Source: Myxococcota bacterium
Lineage (GTDB): Bacteria; Myxococcota_A; Polyangia; Polyangiales; Polyangiaceae
DNA length: 64,000 bases
Direction: 5' to 3'
Assembly (NCBI GenBank): GCA_039027095.1
Contig: JBCCLB010000015.1
Location: 34,331 to 98,330, forward strand
Positions 1-9,219 of this stretch are shown one piece after another. The notes below the pieces were generated by a model, which worked only from the letters and a program-made list of their open reading frames with translations, was not told the origin of the DNA and did no database searches. Each line of letters opens with the position of its first letter. The first letter of the stretch is position 1. Made by a program: the position numbers and the translations under genes.

Positions 1-344
1 AGGCGGATGCCACGCCGGCCGGGGCGGGCGACCAGAGTGAGGTCCACGACGTCCCAGAAGCTTCCGTCGATGGTCATTTCGCCGGTGATGACCGGTTGGG
101 CCCCTGGCGCCGGCCGCAGGGTGCGTCGCGCTGAAGTGCTGCCGTCACCGTCGAGATCGACATCTTCGGGGTAGGCTCCGTCGTGAACGAGGATCGTGTC
201 ACCCGCGACCGCGGCATCGACCGCGGCCTGCACGGTGGGAAACGTCTTGTCGGCCCCCACCTCGAGTTCAGCTCCCTGAACGACGGAGGTCATCAAAGAG
301 AGCGACGTCACGAGCGTCAGTGAGATCCGGTTCACTCGCGACAT
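1..344 (-). CDS. secreted parallel beta-helix-like protein, N-terminal part only (gene continues past the left edge)
   Basis: Edge-open ORF absent from the track. The reverse-strand ATG at 342-344 translates to MSRVNRISLTLVTSLSLMTSVVQGAELEVGADKTFPTVQAAVDAAVAGDTILVHDGAYPEDVDLDG. This is a signal peptide followed by the QAAVDAA-GDTI-V--G-Y opening typical of right-handed beta-helix proteins. It starts 25 nt after the stop of 370..4056 on the same strand. Confidence 0.6.
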   Translation of the reverse strand, partial: MSRVNRISLTLVTSLSLMTSVVQGAELEVGADKTFPTVQAAVDAAVAGDTILVHDGAYPEDVDLDGDGSTSARRTLRPAPGAQPVITGEMTIDGSFWDVVDLTLVARPGRRGIR

Positions 345-369
345 GTTACCCATCGAGGGGGCGACCTGG

Positions 370-3300
370 TCAACCGAGTCGAACCGTTCGGGGCGTGGCC
401 GGCGGGTCGCTCAGACGGATCGTCTGTTCGTACCGCGTTTGGCCGCCGGGTCGGGACGAAGGATTCGTGGGGACGGGGGTGAGACGTGCCCCCGCGGGGA
501 GAATGGATACGCCGCGAAGGAGACGGGGGATGTCCGCTTGGGCGTGGGCGGAAGCACTCCAGGCGGCGACCCAGGCGAGCCAGGAGATGTTCTGGTCTCG
601 GTAAAACATGCGTCGCGGATCCAGCACTCGGGGCGGAACCTCGGGTTCGATGCCCCGTACGAGAGGCGCGATCGGTGCTCCCCCGTCGGCCTCGCCGAGC
701 GGATACAACAATTCGATTCGATAATCATCGTCAGGCCACACGAGAAGCCCCGCGTCGGCGATGTCGTAGTTGATGGCGTCGCCGAGTTCGGCTTCGAGCT
801 GCTCGCGGACGAAGTCCACTTGGGCCAGTTGGTAGAGCCCGGCGAGCGCATTCTCGAAGAGACGTCGTCCCCCGTCCCCGGGCGTGAGACGCGCGACGAA
901 GCCGGGGCGGGGCATGCCCGCGACGAGAAAGCCCGACTGTTCTTCGAGGGTGATCTCGCAGGGGGCTTTCGATAGGGCGGGGCAGCGCACTCGGACCCGG
1001 ATCCGATTGCTGCTCAGCTCGATGCCATCGAGATCGAGCGGGCCGTGGGGCCAGCGGGGACACCGGTGCAGCAGACGCAGCAGCTCGCGGTCGAAGAAAC
1101 GGGCCACCCCGCGCTCGACGTCGCTGAGGCCCTCCCGAAAGCGGTTGAGGCCCCCCCCGCCGCGGGGCTTGCGATCTTTCCGGAGGACCGATGCCTCGTC
1201 CTCTCGCTGGGCGGCCCGGCGCAGGCGCTCGTAGAGCTTGGGGAGGGTGCCCGAATGAAACCCGGGCACGAGCAACCCGCGGACGGTCTCGCCGTGGGGG
1301 CCGACATTGGCCGCGGGCATCTCATCGGGACGCGTGGCGCGATAAAGCTTGTAGTTCTCCTTGAGCTCCCAGGCGAGAAACCCGAACACGCTGGGGATCA
1401 AGAACACCGTGACCCCGGCGAGGGTGTTGCTGATGAAGGGACCGAGGGGGCTCAACGGAGCCTGGACGATCTCCAACAAGACCACCGTGTACGGGAGCAT
1501 GATCTTGTGCGCGACGGTGACCACCGGGAAGTGTTTTAGGGGGTTGATCTCCGGCTCGATCAGTAACGTGACGTAAAACCGCACGACGTAGGCGACGATG
1601 CCGAACACGAAGACGCCAACCCCTTTCAGGACCAGCTTGAGCACCGACTCGCCGTCGCGATAACGAAGCGCCTCGTCCACGCGGTAGATGCCCCGCTCCA
1701 GCATCTCCATCGCGGTGGTGAAGAACCGGCCGATGAGCCGAAATAGCCCCGGTAGCCATTGACGGCTCACGTACTGCCAGGTGGGCGCGAGCTGGTCGAC
1801 GACGAAGTCCTCGAGGACGGCGCCGAGCCGGCTGCTCATGACGAGCGAACTCACCGCGAAGACGCCTCCGGCGAATGCGAGGGGCGCCCACCACGCGGCC
1901 GAGGCGAAAGGGCCGAAGAGATAGACGAGGCCACCGATGGCGGCGGGCAGCACGACCCGCCGGAGCGTCCATCGCACGGGCGGATGAGCCAATACGCGCC
2001 GGACGATGGGCGCATCGAACACGGCGCGGGGAAGTCGCAGAAAGGCCCACGCGAGCAGGACCCCCACCAGCTCGAGCACCTCGCGGGCAAACACCCGAAA
2101 GGCACGGCTGTGCACCAGGGCGAGGACGAGCAGCGCGAGCACGACGAAGCTCGTCGGGTTGAGCGCGGTGCTCCGACGGCTCAGGCCAAACCATTCGAGC
2201 AGCGGCCAAATGCCGTGGTCGACGAAGTAGAGCAGAACGTAGGAGGCGCCGAGGGGGAGGACCAAGGTGAGGGTGAGCCAGCGGCCGACCCGAGTGCCGA
2301 AGGGGATGCTGCTGACTTTCTGCAGGCCCCGGAGGTAGATGTCACCCCTTCTATAAATACCATCGAGCGCAATCGATAAGGCCCGGTCGGCTTTGAGCAG
2401 AGGGTCGCCGTCCCGAAGCTCGCGGAGGCCGTCGAGATCGTCGAGCTTGAGCTGATTGCGACTGATGGCGTCGCGCAGGGTGTCGAACGACAAGAAGCCC
2501 CGGTCGAGGGCGCGATCGATGAGCTCTTCTGCGACTTTGTCGCGGGCCAAGCGCTCGGCGCCGCTCTTGGGCACGAGGCCCACCTCGGTGAAGGCACCAT
2601 CGATGCGGTGCTTCAGGACGGTGCGTACGTTTTGTTCGGAACGCGCCACCGCCCACTGCAGGGTTCGCTGCAGGAGCTTGCGGTCGCCGCCCCCGAGACG
2701 AACGTTGCGCACGCGCCGCGCGGCCGCCGCGATGTCGCGCGCCACGCGGAGCTCGCGGGTGGCGGGGAGGTCGCGCACCACGGGCCGTTTGCCCCGCGAC
2801 AGGATCGAGGTCGCGAGGTCGACGGCGCGACGGGGGCGCTCGAACGCGACCACCGCCCGTTGCAACATGTAGAGAATGCGTCCCTCGACGGCATACTTCG
2901 AGGCGCGTTCGGCGGTCGCCCGGTCGCCGAGAAGGAACAACAGCGCCGACATGTCGGGGGCGGCGGAGCCCTCGACCGGAGCGGCGGCGGCGGGAGGTTT
3001 CTCTTGCGACGGTGCTCCCGGCGCGGTGGCGTCAGACGACCGCGCCTCCGTTTCGGGGGCGGGCCGTGACGGAGGGGCGAGGGCGGCGGTCAGCCGGGCG
3101 CACAGACTCTGAAGGGCGTCACGGGCGGCGGCCTCGGCGGCTTTTCGGCGGTCGATGTCCTCGATCGCAGCCGCCTGGAGCGCGAGCAGCGCAGCGCGCA
3201 CGTCGTTGCCCCGGGCCCGCTCGATCGCCGCGCGGCGGAGGCATCGTTCGTGGGCGCCAAGGGAGATCGGGGGCCGGGGCTCGTCCCCCGCGTGGGGACC

Positions 3301-4056
3301 CATCGTCGGAAGGGCGCTGAAGGTCGGGCCGAGCGAGGTCCCGGCGGTAGGGCCGCCCCCTCGGTCGAGCACCACTTCGGGAGGGCGCCCGCGCTCGAGG
3401 AGGGGCCCCGGGTCGACGTCCTCCCGGATCGCTTGGGCCACCCGCTCGTGGTCGACGAGGCCCGGGAACGTGGTCACGAGCAGACGCGGGGCAAAGTGGA
3501 CCAGCTCGAGGTAGAGCGCGCAGAACTCGATGTACACCTCGCGGTCGTCGCCGGGGGGGAGCGACAAGTCGTCGTGTCGGAGGATGGATCGGATCTCGTC
3601 GAACTCGATGCTCCCGATGGTCTCGATACGTCGACGGACGATGGCCTCGTCGAGGTGGCCTGCGGCACTTCGGATCTCGAGCACCCGATGCACCCGCGCG
3701 TGAAACGCAGCGCGCCAGAGTCGCGTCAGCACCTCGACCCGACCCCGGGCGGCTTCCCGCGAGGAGGGCCGCGCGACGAGCACGACCTCGGGCGGGAGGT
3801 CGGGCACGATCCCGCCGAGGTCATCGCCGCCGAGTGCTTCTACGAGGGCTCCGCGCTCGATGGCGTAGCAGCGGTCGTGGGGCACGACCCCGACGATGTC
3901 GCGATGGTGCTTGATGACACGACGCAGGGTGCGTGGGTCCACCACCACCACCCCCGCCGCCTCGCGCAGGCTGCGCTCGATTTCTGCGCGCTCCACCCCT
4001 ACCTCTCGTCGGGAGCCAAGGCGTAACCGATGGGCCGGGGCCCCGCAAGCCGACAC
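370..4056 (-). CDS. large polytopic membrane protein, function unknown (1228 aa)
   Basis: Longest ORF in the region with G/C-rich third positions. It has a soluble N-terminal half and a block of hydrophobic helices (WLTLTLVLPLGASYVLLYFV, FVVLALLVLALVHS, GVGVFVFGIVAYVVRFYVTLL, GVTVFLIPSVFGFLAW), followed by a soluble C-terminal ~330 aa. No family recognised. The start lies 3 nt after the stop of 4060..4794. Confidence 0.8.
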   Translation of the reverse strand: MSACGAPAHRLRLGSRREVGVERAEIERSLREAAGVVVVDPRTLRRVIKHHRDIVGVVPHDRCYAIERGALVEALGGDDLGGIVPDLPPEVVLVARPSSREAARGRVEVLTRLWRAAFHARVHRVLEIRSAAGHLDEAIVRRRIETIGSIEFDEIRSILRHDDLSLPPGDDREVYIEFCALYLELVHFAPRLLVTTFPGLVDHERVAQAIREDVDPGPLLERGRPPEVVLDRGGGPTAGTSLGPTFSALPTMGPHAGDEPRPPISLGAHERCLRRAAIERARGNDVRAALLALQAAAIEDIDRRKAAEAAARDALQSLCARLTAALAPPSRPAPETEARSSDATAPGAPSQEKPPAAAAPVEGSAAPDMSALLFLLGDRATAERASKYAVEGRILYMLQRAVVAFERPRRAVDLATSILSRGKRPVVRDLPATRELRVARDIAAAARRVRNVRLGGGDRKLLQRTLQWAVARSEQNVRTVLKHRIDGAFTEVGLVPKSGAERLARDKVAEELIDRALDRGFLSFDTLRDAISRNQLKLDDLDGLRELRDGDPLLKADRALSIALDGIYRRGDIYLRGLQKVSSIPFGTRVGRWLTLTLVLPLGASYVLLYFVDHGIWPLLEWFGLSRRSTALNPTSFVVLALLVLALVHSRAFRVFAREVLELVGVLLAWAFLRLPRAVFDAPIVRRVLAHPPVRWTLRRVVLPAAIGGLVYLFGPFASAAWWAPLAFAGGVFAVSSLVMSSRLGAVLEDFVVDQLAPTWQYVSRQWLPGLFRLIGRFFTTAMEMLERGIYRVDEALRYRDGESVLKLVLKGVGVFVFGIVAYVVRFYVTLLIEPEINPLKHFPVVTVAHKIMLPYTVVLLEIVQAPLSPLGPFISNTLAGVTVFLIPSVFGFLAWELKENYKLYRATRPDEMPAANVGPHGETVRGLLVPGFHSGTLPKLYERLRRAAQREDEASVLRKDRKPRGGGGLNRFREGLSDVERGVARFFDRELLRLLHRCPRWPHGPLDLDGIELSSNRIRVRVRCPALSKAPCEITLEEQSGFLVAGMPRPGFVARLTPGDGGRRLFENALAGLYQLAQVDFVREQLEAELGDAINYDIADAGLLVWPDDDYRIELLYPLGEADGGAPIAPLVRGIEPEVPPRVLDPRRMFYRDQNISWLAWVAAWSASAHAQADIPRLLRGVSILPAGARLTPVPTNPSSRPGGQTRYEQTIRLSDPPATPRTVRLG

Positions 4057-4059
4057 CCA

Positions 4060-4794
4060 TCAAAGCCGTGACCACACGACCGGAATGGGATCCTGCGAGG
4101 AACAGCGGGCAGGTTTCGGATGACCGAGGTGAAGCAGCCATTTCTCCGCCGTCCGATAGGCGTCGGTGTCGATCACGGCGGCCCGGTGGACGAAGGCCAA
4201 CAGGGCGTCTCGCGCCTCGTCGACGCGTCCCAGGGCCGTGTAGCTGACGCCGAGGTAGAGCCACGCGAGGGACCGGGATCCGAGTTCGGGGGCCATCACC
4301 AAGGCGCGTTCGAGGCTGATGCGAGCTTCGTCGAAACGTCTTTGCTCGGCGTGATCGACCCCTGCGCGGTAATGATCTTCTGCCGACGGGGCCCCCGCAG
4401 CGTAGCGAGGGATTTGCGTCGTCGCGATCAACGCGTGCGCGAACGCACCAACATAGCTCCCCGCCACCCCCAGGGGGGCCAGCGCGATGCCGCCCGCGAC
4501 TGCGAGGTTCTCATCGTGAACGCGCGCCGCCGCTTCATCCTGATGCGGCGCGAGCCACCGCGCCACGTCTTCGCGGCACCGAATTTTCTCCTCCGTCAGC
4601 GGATTGGTGAGCAGAACGAACGGCGCATCGGGAGCAGGGTCATCGCGTCCTGTCTCCGCCGAAAGCACGTATCCCCGCACCGCCGGGGCATACCTCGCGT
4701 GGTGGCCGTATTGCCCTCCCGCGCTCGCGCAGCCCGTCGTCGCAACCAGAAGGAGCGACACCATGAAACCCATTATCTTGGTTCGTTCTTTCAT
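4060..4794 (-). CDS. lipoprotein with TPR-like C-terminal helices
   Basis: N-terminus MKERTKIMGFMVSLLLVATTGCASAG (signal peptide plus lipobox Cys). TPR-like helices are YRAGVDHAEQRRFDEARISLERAL and LYLGVSYTALGRVDEARDALLAF. First gene of a same-strand trio with 370..4056 and 1..344. Confidence 0.75.
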   Translation of the reverse strand: MKERTKIMGFMVSLLLVATTGCASAGGQYGHHARYAPAVRGYVLSAETGRDDPAPDAPFVLLTNPLTEEKIRCREDVARWLAPHQDEAAARVHDENLAVAGGIALAPLGVAGSYVGAFAHALIATTQIPRYAAGAPSAEDHYRAGVDHAEQRRFDEARISLERALVMAPELGSRSLAWLYLGVSYTALGRVDEARDALLAFVHRAAVIDTDAYRTAEKWLLHLGHPKPARCSSQDPIPVVWSRL

Positions 4795-4854
4795 CTCTCA
4801 CCGGGGACACGGGCCCTCTTGCGCTTCATTTTCACCGGCGGTGCGGGCCGGGCG

Positions 4855-5925
4855 ATGGCTCCGTCGTTGACGAGCTCCGCGGGCGAAGCCGAAGATGCGG
4901 TCATGCACGGAGTGTTGACCATCGACGCCCACTACGGCGGACACGAAGGCTCGGCCGCGGTGTATTTGATCCAAGATGCGGGAGAGGTCGCCTTCGTGGA
5001 GACCAACACGACGTATGCGGTCCCCCGGATGCTCGCCGCTCTCGAGCAACGCGGCCGGCGCCCCGAAGATGTACGGTACATCGCGATCACCCACGTGCAT
5101 CTCGACCATGCGGGGGGCGCAGGGCCTCTGCTGCGCGCCTGCCCCCGCGCGACCCTGCTCGCGCACCCCCGCGCCGCGAAACACGTCGTCGATCCATCCC
5201 GGCTCGTCGCCGCGGCGAAGGCCGTATACGGGCCCGAGAAGTTCGAAGCCCTCTACGGCCGGGTCGAAGGGGCTTCCGCCGACCGCGTACGAGCCGTCCG
5301 CGACGATGAGACCTTCGCCTTGGGTCGTCGGCACTTGCGCTTTTTCGAGACGCGCGGGCACGCCAACCATCACGTGTGCATTCACGACGATGGGTCGAAC
5401 GGGGTCTTTACCGGCGATAGTTTCGGACTTTGTTACCCCCATTTACAACGCGAAAGACGGTTGGTGTTTCCCACCTCGGCGCCGTCTGATTTCGACGCCG
5501 AGGCCGCCCTGCAGAGTGTCGACCGCATTACCGGGCTCTCGCCGGATCGCGTCTTTCTCACCCACTTCGGGCCCCGCACGGACGTCGATGCCATCGCGCG
5601 GCGGTTGCGCACGCAACTCGAGGGATACGCGAAGCTCGTCGACACCGCCGACGCGTCGTCGCGCACCGGGGACGAGCTCGCCTCGTTCTGTGTCGCGCGC
5701 GTAGGGGCCGAATTCGAGCAGTGGTTCGCCGAGGCCGGGCTCACCGCCGACCCGAGGCGCGACGTCATCGCCGGCCTCGACGTCGAACTCAATGGCCTGG
5801 GCATCGCCGCGGCCGTCGAGAAACGCCGCTATAAGCGAAGCGTAGCGGGCGACCCCACCCCTGCCGCGACGGGCCCTTCAGGTCGCTCGGGCGGGGCGTT
5901 CCCACGGGAACAGAACGGGTCTTGA
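4855..5925 (+). CDS. MBL-fold metallo-hydrolase
   Basis: Contains the HxHxDH motif (ITHVHLDHAGG) plus later His/Asp ligands (RGHANHH, FTGDSFG, LTHFGP). Track ORF 4120..5925 is trimmed to the first ATG past the antisense lipoprotein gene. The start could also be ATG 4903. Confidence 0.85.
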   Translation: MAPSLTSSAGEAEDAVMHGVLTIDAHYGGHEGSAAVYLIQDAGEVAFVETNTTYAVPRMLAALEQRGRRPEDVRYIAITHVHLDHAGGAGPLLRACPRATLLAHPRAAKHVVDPSRLVAAAKAVYGPEKFEALYGRVEGASADRVRAVRDDETFALGRRHLRFFETRGHANHHVCIHDDGSNGVFTGDSFGLCYPHLQRERRLVFPTSAPSDFDAEAALQSVDRITGLSPDRVFLTHFGPRTDVDAIARRLRTQLEGYAKLVDTADASSRTGDELASFCVARVGAEFEQWFAEAGLTADPRRDVIAGLDVELNGLGIAAAVEKRRYKRSVAGDPTPAATGPSGRSGGAFPREQNGS

Positions 5926-6855
5926 TCTCAAGAGCTGCGCGCTGATGCTGACCGCGATTTCGGCCGGCGTGTCGCTCACCATGGGCAGGCCGACGGGAGC
6001 GGTGACCCGAGACCAGACGCGCTCGTGTCCGCTCTCGACGAGAGCTTCACGAATGAACCGGAGCTTGGCGGGGCTGCCCATGAGGCCCAAGAACGGGGTC
6101 GCGACGTCGGCCAGGCCGCGGAGGGCGTCGATGTCCGAATGCGCGGCGGCGGTCATGACCACGACGTGACTGAGCGCCGGGTAGTCGACGCAATCCGCGA
6201 CCTGGTCCCACGCGTCGACGACGGTGACGGTCGCCGGATCGTGCGCCCCGACGATGGCCGCCTCGGAACGCGTCTCTACGACCCGAACCCGGTAGCCGAG
6301 CGCGCGCAGGGCGCGCGACAGGGCCAGCCCGCAATGCCCTCCCCCGAGGATCACCACGCGCCGGTGGTTGATCGCATGCTCGGCGAACCCTTCCGGCCAA
6401 TGGCGTCGCGGCCCGTGCTGGGGATCGACCGGGCGAGCGACGATGCTCATCTCGCCCTCATTCACGACGAGTTCGGCTTCCTCCGCTTCGGTCCGCTGGA
6501 GGGTGGCGAAGCGGAGGAGGGTCTCCGCGGCGTCGGGGCCAAGCCGAACCTCGAGATGACGCTGGCGACCCGCGCAGATCAGGCCCGACGGGGTACCATC
6601 CCCGGTGACGCGCCGTCGGTGATGGAGATCGAGCGCACGCCAGCGGGGGGTGTCGGCGTTCCGCGCGCGGGCGAGCACGTTGGCCTCCATGACGCCCCCA
6701 CCGATCGTACCGACGCTCGTCCCGTCCTCGCGCACGAACAGTTTGGCGCCCCGGCTGCCCGGAGAGTGCGCGGTGTGGTCCACCACCACGACGAGAAAGG
6801 CGCGCCCTCCTTCGGCCAGGTAGGTTCCGAGTTCGCCCCAGAACGATTCGTTCAT
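5878..6855 (-). CDS. xdhC: XdhC/CoxI-family molybdenum cofactor insertion accessory protein
   Basis: N-terminal XdhC-type segment (FLVVVVDHTAHSPGSRGAKLFVREDGTSVGTIGGGVMEA) and a Rossmann-like segment (RVVILGGGHCGLALSRALRALGYRVRVVE). ATG 6855 overlaps the xdhB stop by 4 nt (ATGA). Confidence 0.85.
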   Translation of the reverse strand: MNESFWGELGTYLAEGGRAFLVVVVDHTAHSPGSRGAKLFVREDGTSVGTIGGGVMEANVLARARNADTPRWRALDLHHRRRVTGDGTPSGLICAGRQRHLEVRLGPDAAETLLRFATLQRTEAEEAELVVNEGEMSIVARPVDPQHGPRRHWPEGFAEHAINHRRVVILGGGHCGLALSRALRALGYRVRVVETRSEAAIVGAHDPATVTVVDAWDQVADCVDYPALSHVVVMTAAAHSDIDALRGLADVATPFLGLMGSPAKLRFIREALVESGHERVWSRVTAPVGLPMVSDTPAEIAVSISAQLLRSRPVLFPWERPARAT

Positions 6856-9185
6856 TCGGCGGGCGCGGAGGCGGGGCGGACCGCCGGGGCCGGTTGAGGT
6901 TGCGGTTGCGAGGAAGGCTGGTCGACGTGATGGCCGTGGAGGGCGAGCAGGACCCGTTCTGGGGTCGCCGGGGCATCGAAAGCATACGGACGGGGGGCGA
7001 AGGCCCGCATGGCGGCCCGGATCGCAAAGTAGGTTCCGATACCGTACATGAACGGAGGCTCGCCCACGGCTTTCGAGCCGCGCGGCCCCGCGGGTCGTTC
7101 GCTTTCGAGCCACTTCACTTCCAGGTCGGGGGCGAAGTAGACGTCCGGCGCCTTGTAGGTCGACAGCGCGCGGGACAACAAGCGGCCGTCGTCACCATAC
7201 GCCAGCTCTTCGAGCGTCATCCATCCGATGCCCTGCATGAGGCCACCCTCGATCTGCCCCCGGTCGACGACCTCGTTGAGGGATCGGCCGAGGTTGTGGA
7301 CGATCTTGACCGTGTCGACCTCATACACCCCCCGCAGGCAATCTACCGTCACCTCGGTGACCGACGTTCCGTAGACGTGATAAGCGAACGGACGGCCCCG
7401 TTCTTTGGCGACGTCGAAGTGAAGGCCGGGGGTGGCGTAAAAGCCGTGGGCCGACAAATCGACGCGGCGGAGGTAACATGCGGTGACGGCGCGGGGCCAG
7501 TCCCATTCCTCGACGGCATGCGCTCCGTCGTACAGCTGACTCGCCCGAAAGGAGAGGTCCTCGGAGGCGCGACCGGTCTCGTCTGCGACGCACTGCAGGA
7601 TGCGGCCGCGGATCTTTCGACACGCGTCGATGGCGGCGTGGCCATTGAGGTCGGTGGTTGCGCTCGCCGCGCTGGGAGACATGTTGGCGACGCGGGTGGT
7701 GTTGGTGCTTTCGATCCGAACGCGGTCGAGATCGAGCCCGAGCTCCGCGCCGACGATGGTCGCGAGGTTGGTGGTGAGACCCTGGCCCATCTCGATACCC
7801 CCGTTCGATACGCTCACGCTGCCGTCGGTGTAGACGTGAACGAGGGCCGAAGCCTGGTTGAGGTGGGTTTTGGTGAACGAGATCCCGAACACGACCGGCA
7901 TGACCGCCAGGCCCTTCTTCTCGGTTCGATGGTTGGCGTTGAAGGCGTCGACGCGGGCCCGCCAGGCCGCGAGGTCGAAGGTCTCTTCGGCCTCGACCCA
8001 CGTCTCGACCGCCTTGTCTTCTTCGGCGGTCTGCCCGTACGGGAGGGGTTGGCCGCGACGAAGGAGGTTCTTCTTCTGGAGCTCCCACGGGGCCACGCCC
8101 AATCGCTCGGCCGCGGCGGTGATCGCGGCTTCTACGACGAACATCGATTGGGGTCCGCCGAAGCCGCGGAAGGCCGTGTGCGGGTGGAGGTTGGTGCGGC
8201 AGCACGCCGCGTAGATGCGGGCGTGGGGGAAGAAGTAGGCGTTCGTCGCATGGAACAGAGATCGCTCGAGGACGGCGGGCGATAGATCCGCCGTCGCCCC
8301 ACTGTTCTGATAGAGCGTGACGTCGTAGGCGATGAAACGGCCGTCTGCGCCGAGACCGAGCTTGAAGTCGGCCTCGTACGGATGGCGTTTGCCCGTCATG
8401 ACCAGGTCGTCGACCCGGTCGAGCAACAGCTGGACCGGACGACCGGTGACGTAGGCCCCCAGGGCCGCCAGCACCGCCCAGTAGGTCGCCTGGTCTTCCT
8501 TGCCGCCAAACCCGCCCCCGATCCGGCGGACGTCGACCTCGACGAGATGCTCGGGGATGCCCAGAACCCGGGCCACGTGGCGCTGCACCGAATACGGTGA
8601 TTGGGTCGAGGAGGCGATCGTGATGCGTCCCCCCTCCTGGGGCAGCGCCCGGGCGCGATTGGTCTCGAGATAGAGGTGCTCCTGTCCCGCAATGTCACAC
8701 GAACCCTCGACGATGACGTCGCAATCGGCCCACGCCGCCTCCACGTCACCGATGCGGAACGTCCGCGGGGTGCCGTGAAAGTCCCCGGCGTCGTGGGCGC
8801 GTCGCGGGTCGACCACCACCGGCAGGGGTTCGATGTCGCAATCGATGAGATGGGTGGCGGCCCGAGCCGCTTCTACCGTCGTGGCGAGGACGAGGGCGAT
8901 GGGCTGACCGATGTAGTGCACCATCTCGTCGGCCAGAGACTGCTCATCGAGAAAAATGGCGCCGAGCTCGTTCGTGCCCGGGATGTCGGACGACGTGAGC
9001 ACGGCGGCCACCTCGGGGTGCGCGAGCGCAGGGCCGGTATCGATTCGTCGGATGCGTCCGTGGGCGACGGGGGCGTAGAAGACGGCGGCGTGCAACATGC
9101 CCAGCGGAGGGGCGACATCATCGACGTACTCCGATTCGCCCCGAACGTGGAGCGGCGCTTCGATGTGGGGAGGCGGCTTGGGCAT
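6852..9185 (-). CDS. xdhB: xanthine dehydrogenase / aldehyde oxidase family molybdopterin-binding subunit
   Basis: 777 aa from MPKPPPHIEAPLHVRGESEYVDD, with GGGFGGKE and GGIEMGQGL segments typical of the Moco subunit. It follows xdhA after a 34-nt gap. Confidence 0.9.
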   Translation of the reverse strand: MPKPPPHIEAPLHVRGESEYVDDVAPPLGMLHAAVFYAPVAHGRIRRIDTGPALAHPEVAAVLTSSDIPGTNELGAIFLDEQSLADEMVHYIGQPIALVLATTVEAARAATHLIDCDIEPLPVVVDPRRAHDAGDFHGTPRTFRIGDVEAAWADCDVIVEGSCDIAGQEHLYLETNRARALPQEGGRITIASSTQSPYSVQRHVARVLGIPEHLVEVDVRRIGGGFGGKEDQATYWAVLAALGAYVTGRPVQLLLDRVDDLVMTGKRHPYEADFKLGLGADGRFIAYDVTLYQNSGATADLSPAVLERSLFHATNAYFFPHARIYAACCRTNLHPHTAFRGFGGPQSMFVVEAAITAAAERLGVAPWELQKKNLLRRGQPLPYGQTAEEDKAVETWVEAEETFDLAAWRARVDAFNANHRTEKKGLAVMPVVFGISFTKTHLNQASALVHVYTDGSVSVSNGGIEMGQGLTTNLATIVGAELGLDLDRVRIESTNTTRVANMSPSAASATTDLNGHAAIDACRKIRGRILQCVADETGRASEDLSFRASQLYDGAHAVEEWDWPRAVTACYLRRVDLSAHGFYATPGLHFDVAKERGRPFAYHVYGTSVTEVTVDCLRGVYEVDTVKIVHNLGRSLNEVVDRGQIEGGLMQGIGWMTLEELAYGDDGRLLSRALSTYKAPDVYFAPDLEVKWLESERPAGPRGSKAVGEPPFMYGIGTYFAIRAAMRAFAPRPYAFDAPATPERVLLALHGHHVDQPSSQPQPQPAPAVRPASAPAE

Positions 9186-9219
9186 CTTGTTTCTCACCGT
9201 GGCGTCGGGGCCCACCGGG

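Noticed and set aside
4120-4854. Upstream 245 codons of track ORF 4120..5925
   Set aside because: It is antisense to the lipoprotein gene 4060..4794 and Arg-rich. The MBL domain begins only after ATG 4855.
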